64,000 nucleotides of DNA from Callorhinchus milii (taxonomy: Eukaryota), in the NCBI RefSeq assembly GCF_018977255.1, contig NW_024704743.1:39372001-39436000 (forward strand), read 5' to 3'. The notes below the pieces were generated by a model. It ran no database searches, had not been told where the DNA came from, and saw only the letters and a program-made list of their open reading frames with translations. Made by a program: the position numbers and the translations under genes. Every line of letters starts with the position of its first letter. Position 1 is the stretch's first letter. Positions 1 to 13,314 of the stretch are shown here, in pieces.

Positions 1-327
1 TTTTATTTGGGGATTGTTGGCCAAGACACCCAGGAGAAACTCCCTTCACTAATGCCATGGAATCTTTAATGAACAAGCAGACAAGCCCTCGGCTTAATGT
101 CTCATCTAAAGGATGGCACCTCTGAAAATGCAGCCTAGACTGTATGAATTCCATGCCCTGATGTGAAGCTTGAACCCACGACCTTCTATAATAATAATAA
201 TCCTTGCATTTGATATAGCACTTTTCACGTCTTCTAGACGTCCCAAAGCGCTTCACGGAATACACTGTAAAGTGAATTGATTGTTTCTCTCACAGATGGT
301 AGTGCTACCAGCTGAGCCAGGCTGACT
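1..327 (-). mobile_element. SacSINE1-like (DeuSINE) older tRNA-derived SINE, interrupted by a young SINE 3' fragment at ~187-283
   Basis: The reverse complement reads ggctcagctggtagcac...ggttcaagc...gcattttcagaggtgccatcctttagatgagacattaagccgagggc...ggtgtcttggccaacaatcccc, matching the other copies at 57003 and 58632. The nested segment ataataatccttgcatttgatatagc is the young SINE tail. Confidence 0.8.
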
Positions 328-2781
328 TACAGTTAGCGCTCACATCGATACTCTCATTCTGTGAGTTGCTGTGTGAAATGTTGCAAGCATAATTCTTTAT
401 GAGATCAAAAAGAGGTTTGGTGAAGACATTCCTTTGGTCCATTTGATCTCCTTCCAAAATATCAACCTGATCTTCTTTGAATTAAAGGATCAGACTGTTT
501 CTCAAAAGACTCCAACCATTAGCATGAGAAGTACTTTTAATCTAATTTATTCTAAAATATTTTTACCTTTAGGAATACTAGGGTTGAAATCATCACCTTT
601 GATCTCCAAGAGCATCATACAAGAATGGAAGAAGACATTATGTCCTGCTTGAGTATATGACAAGTGACCGTAGATAAACTCTTTTAAAACTGATATGGGT
701 CTACAAGGATTGCTTGCAGATAAGCAGAGGATACCTCATCTCAAGGAAAAGGTATTCTCTGTTGCTTTTTACAGTATTACTTTAGACTAAAACTGCTTTT
801 CCTCCAGTAGCATTCCCTTTTGGGAAATTAATAATAGAAAATCAATACAGATCCTTAATCTCTAACCTACACGTTTGAGATTTATCTTTCTACCTTGAAT
901 TATGTGGTGCAGTGGAGGCAGTAACCCATTATTACTCCTTAATCGGAATTTCCGCTATAGCTTGAGACATTTACTTTGTGTTTCTGGACCTTCACAACTT
1001 TCCAATTTTGTTGTCTGAGATGTGAAACAGCAGCAAATAATTCTTCATTGCAACTCATATACTGAAAAGCGTGATTGATGAATACCTAGCTACATGATGT
1101 AACATTTTCTAAGACTATCTTTGCTCACAGACGACTATCTTGAAAGAAGTTGAGCTGCACAGAATTTATCTAATCCGTCTAGTCAGAATGTTGGTTCAAA
1201 TTCTTATCATTATAGATGACAATTCTTGGGAACCATTTGGAGCATTTTAATGAGCAATTTTGATGACTGTAGGCATTATTGAAGAGGAAGGTCTTCAGAT
1301 GTGATTTGAAGACCGGGAAGGAGGAAGCAAGGCGGAAGGAATGCAACTATAAATAGATAGGGTTGGAGCAACATTATCATGTGTAAACATACCCCACTAT
1401 CTGTTTCTGGCAGGATTCAACATTTGCAACAGTTCCCGTGCAATTGCTTTTGCTGACATCACATTTTTTACTCAAATAACAAGTTTGATCAAGAACATAT
1501 TCTTTGCCATAGGTTTGCTGGACTTCATTTGTGATACATTCTCTTTATATTGATAATGTTCATGTGTTTGTGGACCAACTGGAGGTAATATTATAGATGA
1601 ATGATTGAAATATCAAAAATGTATTCAAGGATAAAAGGAACATAATTTCAGTTTGATCAGTTGTTGTTTTACCATATAAATTGAATATTAAAAAGGAGTA
1701 TTTTTAATCAATGAATAACAAACTGTTGCTGTACTGTAACATTTGATGCTTTCAGCACTTTTTTAGAAATTTTACTGTGCTCTCTGTACCTTCAATGATT
1801 TTTGCTCAATTTTGCTTATCACTTTGGTCATAATCGTTGGCCCAAAGCAGGCCCACAAAGTCCAATGGGCTTTATGCATACAGATTGGGGCATCTGCCAC
1901 TTAATGTATTACTAGCTTAACTCATATGTTTTTGATTGTCTTCAGCTAGTTTCCCACGAACTGAGAGACTTTTGACTCATGCATTCCTCCGGAATTAGGT
2001 GGGGATGAACGTGTGGACCAGATAATCTCTTCAGTTATCAACTGAACCTGTCGGGCACATTTTTTAACAATATTACAACATCAATAGTGTTCATCAATAT
2101 ATTACATGCCACAATTCCCTCACCCACCCACCTTCCTCCCATTTAAAGTGTCCTGAATTGAAAATTATTTGAAATTCAGGATGTCAGCAAATTTTCAACT
2201 TATTCATATATCTAATATTATTTCCTGTTTTCCCCCATTCCCAGGGTAATTTTTTTATTCAGTTTGTTTACTGAGGAATTTCCATTGCTGTGAAACAACT
2301 ACATACCACCAAAGTCACTAACTTCAGCATCAATTGGACTACTCCTCCTCCTTCATTTTAATATATTTGTATTTATTTATTAAGTAGGTTTCCCTGAGGA
2401 GAGTGCATCTTGGCATCTTGCCAACTCTCAGTCCACCTGCTTTGGAATCCAGTACCTAAAAGGGAATTGAATGAACACTCGCTGTGTAAGAGTTTCTCTG
2501 TACATTACTGGGGAGGGCTAAAAAAAAATTACAGCTTGGGCTCACAAAAGATTTATAAAGATTGAACCCTGACCATCACACTGAATCACGAGAAATTCAC
2601 TCTGATGTGACCAGAAGTAATTCCCGCATTAGAGTTCTAATGGTTCAGCAGAACACCTATCCAACTCCAGGTAAGATTCCATATGTAACATATGTGGAGA
2701 TCCAAGCTAAGACATTTGTGTTTTGGGCCTCAAGTGATGTACAGAGAGGGGAATGTACAGAGAGGCTTACCCTGAGTCCGT

Positions 2782-3085
2782 CAACAACAACGACAGCTTG
2801 CATTTATATAGTGCCCTTCACGCAGGGTAGAGTCTTAGAGTGCTTAACAGTGGTAAAGCTTGACCCTCATGCCTGTGGCAGGGGGAGTTGACCTATGGCA
2901 CTATTGAAGGGGAAGATCTTCAAGTGTAATCTGAAGATGGGCAAAGAGGAGGCAAGGTAGAGGGATGGAGGCATAGAGTTCCATAGTTTGGGGGCATAGT
3001 GACTGAAAGTATGGTTACCGATGGTGGAGCAGAGGGGACGATGGAGCATGGTCCTGCATCGGGCATACAGGAGGCTGGAGCCAGC
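2782..3085 (-). mobile_element. L2-clade LINE 3' fragment
   Basis: The minus-strand ORF ...TIGNHTFSHYAPKLWNSMPPSLYLASSLPIFRLHLKIFPF is the typical L2 ORF2 C-terminus. A (TTG)n-type tail lies at 2782-2800. Confidence 0.85.
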
Positions 3086-3296
3086 TGAGTGAAAGGGGCA
3101 AGTAGAGGAATGGGGTATAAACTGTTGGGATTACTAACAATTTTCATTTTAGCAATTTATCCAGAAACAGTACCTAGCAGAATTGGGCTCGAAATGGAAA
3201 CAATTAAAACTAAAATTCCGTGGCCCCAAATTTCCGTGGGCCATGTCTAGCCTCACACCAGCTCACCTCTCCTAGTGACTTCGGTACCAGCATTGC

Positions 3297-3385
3297 AATA
3301 ATAATAATAATAATCCTTGCATTTGATATAGCGCTTTTCACATCTTCTAGACGTCTCAAAGCGCTTCACAGAATATGCTGTAAAT
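3297..3385 (-). mobile_element. Young SINE 3' fragment
   Basis: aataataataatccttgcatttgatatagcgcttttcacatcttctagacgtctcaaagcgcttcacagaata is the reverse complement of the SINE tail at 63870-63935. Confidence 0.9.
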
Positions 3386-3469
3386 TACGGCTCCCTGGAC
3401 CGGATTGTCTCCCCTTTCCTCCCTCCACATTAATGCGGCTAGCCAGGGTTTCTCTATATTTTAATTGTC

Positions 3470-3825
3470 ACTTTCAAATACCTCCATGGGTTTGCCCACC
3501 CTTTGTCTGCAATCTCCTCTAGTTCAGCTCCTTCGCCCACTCTTTCTGTTCTGCTAACTCAAACCTGCTACATCTCACCACCCCCCTGGCTCATCATTAA
3601 TGGTGGAGCTTTCAGAAATGTTGCCCTACTTTCAAATATATCCCTCTGCCTCCTCACTCTCTGCTTTCAAAACTCTTCTGAAAACACACCTCTTTGACCA
3701 TGTTTTCAGTCATCTCCTCTTATCCTTCTCAACTCCCGCCTTGCTCGAGTTCCCACTCTATCTCTGTAAATTCTTCAAAATGTTATCAAAAAAGAAACAT
3801 GCTATTTAAATGCAAGTAATTCTTG
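3470..3825 (+). mobile_element. Degraded L2 3' fragment
   Basis: Contains INGGAFR and SLSAFKTLLKTHLFDHVF motifs and ends in an L2-like tail (aaatgcaagt). Confidence 0.75.
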
Positions 3826-3834
3826 TTCTACTTG

Positions 3835-4165
3835 GGTATGCTTTGAATGGCACCAGTCAGATTGATATCTTACCCAGCTGGCTATTACGCATGTGTGAGC
3901 ATTGAGAATGAGTGTCAGCATGCTGTTGAACTGCTGGAGGCATCATAGCCAAGCCTGATCCTGTCCGCCCATAGGTAGTTGTAACAGAGGTAATTGAATA
4001 GAGAATAGTTACAGAAACCTTGGCTGGTTTCTACCTCCAGCAGTGCAATGAAATAATTTGTAGCACTCCTGGTGCTACTCCTAGATGCGATCAGCAACAT
4101 AGCAGAGACCAGGGCATCTGTACTCAGCTGCTCGCTGAATAAACTCACTCAGCCATCGTGGAGGC
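3835..4165 (-). mobile_element. LF-SINE-like ancient SINE
   Basis: The reverse strand has gatggctgagtgag...ccctggtctctgctatgttgctgatc...ggacaggatcaggcttggctatgatgcctcc...gctgacactcattctcaatgctcacacatg...gccagctgggtaagatat, resembling the LF-SINE consensus as I recall it. Confidence 0.65.
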
Positions 4166-4773
4166 AAAGATTTTAGGTTTAATGTACCAAATGCTATTGC
4201 GTGATCTATGCAATTCCGCTCCTCCTAATCAATGAAACCAAGAAACAAGAGGTAGCCACAGTCTGTTGTGAATGTGAGTGGTCACCCTTATAATAACACT
4301 TGCCTTTCTTATCGAGAGGACAGCTCAGAAAGAACTAGAGCAATGTTCTGGAAAACATTTTATTTTTTAAGTATTTTAAGATAAATTTAAAAAGAAAATT
4401 ATTTTTCTTTCCATTGCTTTTGTTTCAATCGTGATGAGGAAGGCCATGAAAAGTTCACAGCTATAATATAAATATAAGTAAACCAACTCAAGATAGTACA
4501 CACATCATACTGCAGCCCTGTTATGAATGACTTATATTATCATGTGAAATGGGTTATAACACTATTGAGGTGTGGATCCCATTCACTGCTCATCCACTCC
4601 AATAAACCACATGCTCCCTGCACGCCAGCTGTCTTTCACATTAAAATGGTTGATGGTGGGGTCATTAGGTCACCGCTGGCATCACTTCCTTTTTTGATCA
4701 TGTACAGAGAAGGAAATGACATCAGTGGCAACCTATTAACTCGGAAGTCAGCCATTTCAAACTTCTGGCAAAC

Positions 4774-4975
4774 TCAGGAAAACTCAGTCTGGTTTGGGTA
4801 ACCTTAAGTAAGATGAGTTTCTGCATGTGTCAGACCCGGCTGACTCCCCCCACCGCCATAACAGGAACTGGACTTCCGAGAACAACACGAAAGATTGACT
4901 CAATTCTGACACTCCATTGCCAAGCACGTCACCTTGGAGCCAACCCAGATCCACAAGAGCCCTGCTCACCTCCCT
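4774..4975. repeat. Unclassified repeat family X: 3' end (+, 4774-4850) joined to an inverted 5' part (-, 4855-4975)
   Basis: ctcagtctggtttgggtaaccttaag...tgtgtcagac matches 30602-30657. tctgacactccattgccaagcacgtcaccttggagcca matches 60893-60929. Confidence 0.7.
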
Positions 4976-6836
4976 CCCATTGCATGTTATTTTTTTGCCT
5001 ACAAAATAGAGTCTAACTTCAAACTGAATCCTGTGAAGCCTTTGAAATGTCCTCCAGACATGGAAGGAGCTATATCAAATGCAGGGATTATTGTTTATTA
5101 TTATATCTCATTGCTTACTGTTCTTTTCACAAATGGTTGCAGCTAACAAAGCCGAAAGGACTTGACAAAAGAGGACACTAGATACTGCTCAGTGAGAAAC
5201 CTAATAGAGCGAAAAGATGACATGTAGAATAAATAAATAGTGTAAAATAACAACCACTGCAAGAGATAATGAAATTACCAACCAGGATCATAAAAATATG
5301 CTCCAATAAACCTTATTCAGCTCTGGGGGAATTCTTTCTGAGTAATTCTTGTGCCATGGGGCTTTCACGCACAAACAGAGCAGACACGTCTGATAAACAA
5401 CTATCAGTTTTGTGAACTGTATCCCTCTAGTCAGATCAATGCACACCGCTTCAAGAGATGTTACATTATAGATGCTGTTCCTAAGTCACGCTATCTTGAG
5501 AGGAGACAAGCACCATTACATTCCATACGTGAATGTAAAATCTGAATCAACTGAGTATAATTTAGACTACTGTGCAGTGTGAATAAACTTGATATGGGGG
5601 CACTGTGGCTTGGAGTCAGTTTTAATCTCCATTCTTTGACAAATAATTTTGGTATGAATGAGATATCATTTGAGATATCATTATGAGGTTATAAATATAA
5701 GGATTATTATTACTCCCAAAATGCAATTGGTTATTTTTCATTCATACTTATTATTATAAACAATTTTAAAAATTGACTTATTTTGTTCCTGCTCACATAA
5801 TTTCTGGGAACAACAAACTTTGAAAAATACTATTTGAGAATAGTCATATTTTAGATTTATCCAGAAAATTCCCTGAATGTTTCAAAAATTAATATGCACT
5901 TGCTTTTGAGATGTAGAAAAAATACTTTATTGCATCAGTCTTTGCTGGTTTGGAAGTAGAGACCTTATTGTGACCCTTTAAGTCCCATCTTAAGTCCTAC
6001 TTCTTTGACCATGCTTACAGTCACCTCCCACCTTCTTCCCGTCCGTTCTTGGCATCCAACTCTGTCACTGTGCAGCCCTCTGAGATGCTTTACAAGGATG
6101 GAGTTTGGACATTAAGCAAGGGGAAAAAGGGAGGGCAGTGGAAGGAAACAAATTGAATTGCTCTATCCTATAAACATATGTTGGTCAAATTGTTTTAGGT
6201 TTTAGCTTGAAATATTTGTGTCTTCTGAAAGAGACGAGAAGCACAGAATATATTACATGCAAGGAAGATTACTAAAAATAGATACTACTATCAAGGTGAG
6301 TGCTATAAAGGTGCAGTTCTAATTGATAGAAACTGAAGAGTGGCTAAGAGTGGCTAATGTGAATCATATTCACAGTTAGTGTGGATTAGCAATGAGATAA
6401 GTTCAAAAAGACTTTTTGAATTGTAACAGTTTCAAGAGCATGCTTGAAATGATGGATGACAATGTACACAATGTGACAACTGAGAGTGAATGGGCTAACA
6501 TTGTCACTGTATTTTATTTATTCCTAAAACAAAACGAGTGTCATCTTTAATGTCCGTGATGAACCGGCACAAATAGAAGGAATGTAGTTCTCTCTGAAGG
6601 CAGCCAGAGTGATGTCTGCCCATCATTCTTGTCCTCCACATGCAGGGACATGCATTAGGGAAGCTCCTGCACAGAAATGTAGGGGATTCTGTGCCGGAGG
6701 CAGATCTTTTCAGTATTTTGGTCAGCTTCCTCCTGCATGTTCCTTTATAAGATTATCAGGAAACCATCCTCTACTAGATTGGCAGTCTCCAATATGAAGG
6801 CAAGACACTTATTGAGCAATCTCATCATTATTCTTG

Positions 6837-6962
6837 TTTTCGCCCACAAAATATACAGTCAGTTCACTTTACAGTATATTCTGTGAATGGCTTTGAGACG
6901 TTTGAAGACGTGATGAGGTGCTATATCAGACTCAAGGATTATTATTATTATCATTATTATTT
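6837..6962 (+). mobile_element. Young SINE 3' fragment
   Basis: tttcgcccacaaaatatacagtcagttcactttacagtatattctgtg...ggattattattatt. Confidence 0.9.
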
Positions 6963-7194
6963 TTAACGAATACAAGTCAGCTAGGGTTTGACCCAACCAA
7001 TCCACTAAGAGGTGGCGATGCTCTGAAGACATGAAGGGACTGCCTTATGAGAGTGACCACTTGTCCTTTTTCTTAAATAAATCAGACTTTTCTTTTATTT
7101 GAGCCAGATTATTTGCAATGAACACAAAGGGATTTGTAAACAGTGAATCCTGCGGATTCCCAGATGGAACTACACTTGTATTTTTACTTTTTTT

Positions 7195-7310
7195 TACCCA
7201 CAATATATACAGTCAATTCACTTTACAGTATATTCTGTGAATTGCTTTGAAATGTCTCAAAGACGTGATTAAGGCGTTATATCAAATGAAAGGATTATTA
7301 TTATTATTTA
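7195..7310 (+). mobile_element. Young SINE 3' fragment
   Basis: Same SINE 3' body and (TTA)n tail. Confidence 0.9.
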
Positions 7311-9424
7311 ATTTGTGGCCAAAGGAGGCTCCAGGTAGTGGACGGGAGATGGGTATCTGATAGGAAAGTCACATTTGCGATTTACAAACTCTTTCGGTAA
7401 TATCGTAAATGAGCCTCAATTATCAGCTATTTGAGGGGTTATGTTATCCACTATGTGTTGTATCCGTGCTCTTCTCTGGACTTCTATGTAATTAAATGAT
7501 TCTTGGCCTGTGCTGGTTTGTGGTATATTGTGGTATATATTGTGTCTTAATCAAACATTTCAAGCCGGTATTTTGTAGGTGTCAGAATCATTCACGTTGC
7601 AACTCAGCTCTGAAATATAGCGATCTGCTGGACAGCAGATTCAATCATATCATGAACAAGTTCAATTGTAAGTGCCACAGCCCCATCCATTCTCGATAGT
7701 TTGGGGTGTGTTGACCCCCAGCCAGTTATCAACTGGATCATTGCCAGGAGTGGATTATCCAATTACGTGATAATTATCACTGGTAATATATACAACACTG
7801 AATGATGCATTTTGCATCTCAACAAGATGTCTGTGAGGCAGCACCGAACAGTGAATACTTAATACTGCCAGCTCTATACAGTTGTGTTTATGTAGTAGCC
7901 CTAACCGTGAGATTTCACAAAATCTAATAGCATAAAGGCTGTGATAATCCTTACACAGTGCTATCTTTCATTCCACTGAGTGAGTCCAATTTCTGGCTTG
8001 CAAGAAAAAATTGCTAAGTTTAACCCTTCAGATGTGTTATTTTAGCTGCATTAAGGGTTAATCAATTTCATTGCCACTCAATTATAGAGCTATATATCTT
8101 TACAACTAGAAAAACAATCCTAGCAGAAGGTTGAGCCCTGGAGCCCGTTGGAGCATTAAATAATGTAAAAAGCCTGCAGACACTGAGTGGGAGATTCAGT
8201 CCAGTGCACAGCTGATGTGGAGCACCAGACTATGATAATTATATCTCACTAGGTGCATGCGCTTCCACTAAGGAATTGACAAGATTCATCTGAGTAAAGG
8301 TGATGAACAGGCAATACTGATTCTAATTCCCATCCTGCTGCACGGGAACAAGCTGCTTCCCTTGGGAACGCTTTTGCTTCCGTAACAGATTGCAGCTAAT
8401 TTCCAAGGCACTCACAGCAATCAGCAAGATGAAGTTAGGTCAGACTTAGGCAAGTGCAGTCAGGTCGATGTGGCTGAGTTATAGTTGCTTATGTTACATT
8501 AAACATATGAATGGATTTAAAAGGATAATTTGGGCTATAGAAATCAGATTTACGTTTCCCCACTATGGTGTGGGCTTAAGTCAGAGATAACAGAAGCATC
8601 ACAGAGCACGGGGGAGGAATGCCGTAGCTTATTATTTCCTAACTCTGAGGTCTTTCTGAAAACATTAGAAAGGAATACATGCTTTGAGGTCCGACTTGCT
8701 AAATAAAATCAAGTGTTTTACAGCACAGATTGTGGAAACATCTTGTCATTGACCATCTTGGAGCCCTGCACATTACACTGGTGTCATGGACCTTTGAAAT
8801 GCTCAATGCCTTTCAGGTGACAAGTGAAATATACAGCTTAATGTTTTTTATTCCTTTACCGTGTTACTTGAGGAATAAGTTACTGGATGAAATACTAGGA
8901 TGCAAATGCATCATGACATGAGATTTAATACCACCACAACAATTTACATTTATATAGCACCTTTCATGGCAGGAGGATTTCTCAAAGCAATTCCCACAGC
9001 TGACTGCTTGTCCAACCTGGAAGAGGTGGCCACAAACATGGGAGCAACGCAGAGGGACACCAGGATGGAATGCCAGGAAGTGGGGTAGATTGGGTCAAGG
9101 CTGCCTGATTTGGGGGGTGGGGGGGCAGATTGTGTGGGAGAGGTGAAAGAGAGGACACAGGCTTCAGAGTTCTAGATGGTCTACAGCTTGTGTAGGGAGG
9201 AGATGAAGAGGCTGACAAGCACAGTGTTGGACATGATGTGCATATTTTCATCACAAATCAACCATGTTACTTGTCAATAAAACTGATATCATCATGCTGC
9301 TGTTATTAATCCTCTCGTGTGATCAGCACCATTGGATAAAACAAATGAAACACATTCACAGTAACAATAGCTGCTACTGGCAAAAAAACTGAACAAAAAA
9401 CACGGAATACGTTTTCGAGCACAA

Positions 9425-9790
9425 CCAGCACATTTGATTCAATTGGTAAAGCCTCTGTCTAAGGTCAGATTGGACCATGCAGATCTAGAAGACCCCATGT
9501 CACAGCCTGTGCTGAGTTTGTTGGTATCAACCCGTGTCTTTGCAATTAGCCTTACTCCCAATGGGCTGGAGAGGGAAAAGCTCAATTTGTAATATCACTA
9601 TTCACTGAGCCTTGTTGGAAACATTGTGTGTTTGATTCTTGAGGGAGGGCAAGGTCAGGCTTGATTATAATGCCCCCTACAGTGTAAAAACCTACTAGTA
9701 ATCACTGACTGGGCTCACCAATGAAAACGAGCACCTGGATTAGGTATCAGTTGATCATTGAACCGTATCTCAGCATCTTCACAAGAGGAA
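9425..9790 (+). mobile_element. LF-SINE-like ancient SINE
   Basis: ctgtgctgagtttgttgg...ttgttggaaacattgtgtgt...gagggcaaggtcaggcttgattataatgccccctacag...cactgactgggctcac...cacctggattaggtatc is colinear with the copies at 3835 and 15755. Confidence 0.6.
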
Positions 9791-12534
9791 GTGGGGAGGA
9801 AATTGAAAGGACAGACAAACCCCCTGCACAAAAAAAACTCCTGAAAGACTCATTTTAAAGTGAATAATGTCCCCCCTTGATTGCAGAGTTTGAGGTAAGA
9901 GTGAGGTACAGACCACTGCATAACCTAACACATGTTAAATGTTTTTTGTTAAGAGCACAGTGCAATCCGAATACATGCTATCATTCTCTTGATGTCAATA
10001 TTAGAAAAGCTGTGATTTGTGGATGGAGCCACTATATCAAAAGTGGATGTTGTTTTGTGGATTAAATTCTATGACTTTTATGGTAATTATTTGTTAATTA
10101 GTTTGGGAATTGGATTCTATGGAAAAAGTACACTATGTGGAAGCCCAAAGTGAAACTGAGAGGTTAAGTTAGGTTTGCCAGTTGACGGTTGAATGTCATA
10201 ATACTGTAGACACCATAAATATTTTGAACTGGTAACAAAACTCATTTTACGTACCATAACTAAACATCTAGGACAAGGACTTTAGCGCTTTATTGCTTTA
10301 AAACAGAAGGGCAGGCTAACCCATACAAGAATATTTTTGACTGCATTATCATAAAGAATATGGCCTGACTTGCCGGATAATTTCATGAAAATATACATTG
10401 TTCTTGGCAACTGTTTCCATTGTAGGATCATAAAGATAGCCTGCAAAGTTCGACCCGGTTTATTGTCTACAATTCAGAAATATTGCATTTATGTTCTTTC
10501 TGCTGATATTTAAAGCAAATTCATTTCCTAGATAAGTCAAAATTGGCAAATATTTTTCAAGCAAAGTGTAAAGTAAATGCCTCAATCCCCTGTGCATCAG
10601 CAGATGTCTACAATTGCAGTGAGGATGCAATAGACAAGCAACGCAGCAAGACTACTGATCTATAAACTCCATGCACTGACATGACTACATAAAGAGCAAA
10701 AAGCTCAAGCAAAGACACCATAAATTGCAGTACAAAGGACATCAATTATACATCATACATATTATTATCTAAAGAATTGTTTTGTTGTGGAAAATCTTTT
10801 TTTCGTATGCCTATAAGCAGAGCATGTTGAGGTCATGTGGTGCTTTAATAAAGGAAATGTGGTATGAATTCTTAATATCTGAATACATTGAAAGTATTGG
10901 TGCCAGGTTATCGTTGTGGAAGATTGATTTGGCAGGGGAAATAAGAAACTGTTGCCAGACTGTCTTTGCAAGGCACTCTGAAAGATGCATCTGTGTGTTG
11001 TGCAAATGTCTCTTGGGGTTAAAGAGGTTAAACAGATGTTTTGTGCTTTACTTTGCTGTAAGGTTAAACCATTATCAGAATTCTACAGGGACCTGAAACC
11101 ATTATACAAATAAGAATCTGAAGAAGTCTCTTATATGTCAGAATTCCTCATTCCCGGTTTAGTGCACTTACTATTGGAATGAAACACAAAGGTCAACTTC
11201 AGCTGTCTGAGAAATTTACACGTACATTAAGCAATAACAAGAAAAGCTTGTGGCCCATCTATTTATTTGCCCTATTGTCACTAATTATCATTGCTTTGAG
11301 AGGAGCATCAATATTCAACAGTAAATGTAAGTAAAGATAAATAAACTTGGCCTTTCATTCTGCTGTTGTGATACATACAGGGTTTGTCTTCTCAAAACTG
11401 GAATAACAGGAATACTTGGATTAAGACTGTAAATAAATTGCTGGATTAGATTGATGTGTGTTTGTGGGTGTGCGGAAATTCATCAGTGTCGAGCAGAATA
11501 CAGGATAAAATTTGTTTAAGGTTGAAAACGTAATATTGGTCTTAAAGTCCAATTTCTTTCCTTTGGGCCTTCAGGGAACTATAAGAAGTTATTTAACAGA
11601 TCATGAAAAATACATGAGTGTACCTGATATTTGCTTTCAACAATAATCTGACTGGAGGTACTTCAGGCAAATTAAGATGTGATTACAGAGTCTGTTTGCA
11701 AAATGTAGTCCTAAAATTGATAGATAATTGGAAGGAAAGAGAACAGTGCACCTGATGATGAGGAGACATATCCTTATCTTCCTCACTTGAGACACGACGG
11801 CTCTTTCACTCAAAGTTAGTTATCATTATATAGGAGTTCAAATTGCAAGCTGATTTTTTTTTCCTTGTCATAATGTCAACAATTTGCTCATTTATTTTCT
11901 GCTTGTGAGGTAGAAGACTTGTTCTAATTGTGAAAGGTTCAATGAGCTGGCAACCAGCAGTCCCTGACAACTTCCCCAGTGCCCACCCACCCCCCAAACC
12001 CTCTGATGTGATTTTGCACAAATAATTTCATTCAAACCTGGTTGCTGCAGCGACTAAGCTGCTGGCGTTGCTTTTGATCCTGCTGTTGCACTGATCACAG
12101 TATTTCAGCACCAGCTTAATTTAATTTCTAAAGTCCAGCGATAAATCATTGCATCACATATTACATTTTCCACTCCTTTGCCTCTTTATGCCTTGCAGTT
12201 GTTTGGTTTGGCTTTATCTTATGGATTTCTCAAAAGGAGAAGGTGACCTTGGGCCTGAATATTCAAAACAGTACACAAAGAAGTAAAAAAAGATAAGAGC
12301 CAAGCAAGAACTCAAAAGGGACATAACATTAAATGTAAAACATGACTCCAAATCTGTTCATATGATGTCAACAAGGACCTACCATTTTCAAGTCAGGAAG
12401 CTGACTTGTCAGTGCTGGAAACTGGTTGTACAGTACACAACACAGTACAGGGTGGACGCACAGTAGACTCACGCTCTAAGTAAACCTGTGTTCAATCAGA
12501 GTCATTCTAACTGAGCTGTCCTGCAGTATCGATA

Positions 12535-12692
12535 GATAACAAGTCATCTAAAGGAAGGCACCTCTAACAATGCAGCACACCCCCAGCACTCCATTGCAAT
12601 GGCACCATCGACTAAATGAGTCACAAGATGTGGGGTTGAACCGACAACCTTCTGACTCTAAGTTGAGAATGCTGCCAATTGAGCCAGGCTAA
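12535..12692 (-). mobile_element. SacSINE1-like 5' fragment
   Basis: ggcacctctaacaatgcagcacacccccagcactccattgc...gttgaaccgacaaccttctgactc...gctgccaattgagccaggct. Confidence 0.75.
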
Positions 12693-13314
12693 GATTTGAT
12701 ACTATGAGTAAAAAATTAAATTTCACAAGTGTGACAAAACTGCATAAGTTCCAAGTAATGTAAAGTGCTGAATAAGAAATGTCACTGTAAAATTCAGATC
12801 TATTCTACCATCTTATGATCAATATGCAAATTTTTACCTCCATTTTCTTTGAAATGTGCACACACTTATAAAAGTTATCAAACATCTAATACCAACAAAG
12901 TTTTAGAAATGTGCAGTTGTACTGAAGAAGAAAAAAATGCATAATTGAAGATAATAGATAGGAAGGAGGAAGGAAAGAAGGTGAAAGCAATAACACATTC
13001 TCAATATTCCAATGATGTGTGGAGCAGACTCTTGGCTTACACTGCACTATGAATCATTCGATTTTCGTTAGTGCTCTCCTATGTCTGTGTTGTCTTTCAT
13101 GCATTTAAATTGCAAATTATTTTTTCGTAAGTAATGATATTTTGGAATTGATTTTCATGATTTTTCTTTTAAATTTGAAAAATATAGTTCTGGATAAAGG
13201 AAAAATGTTTGAAATCTGAAGTCAGAAAGATTCCAAAGAGAGGTAAGCAACGATGAACAGTCTTTTGTCAACCTTAGTATGATAATAATAATAATAATGA
13301 TTATAATAATTTAA

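Noticed and set aside
1513..1584. Possible 72-nt + strand exon (tag|GTTTGC...GGAG|gtaata)
   Set aside because: The splice-like ends and open frame are compatible with chance, and I do not recognise the peptide.
2561..2676. Strong donor CAG|gtaaga with an upstream open frame
   Set aside because: No good polypyrimidine acceptor and no recognisable peptide.
7001..7020. CTCF-like tccactaagaggtggcga
   Set aside because: Several mismatches or a spacing error in the core.
10782..11096. 104-aa ORF
   Set aside because: Non-ATG start, no recognisable domain and no convincing splice sites.
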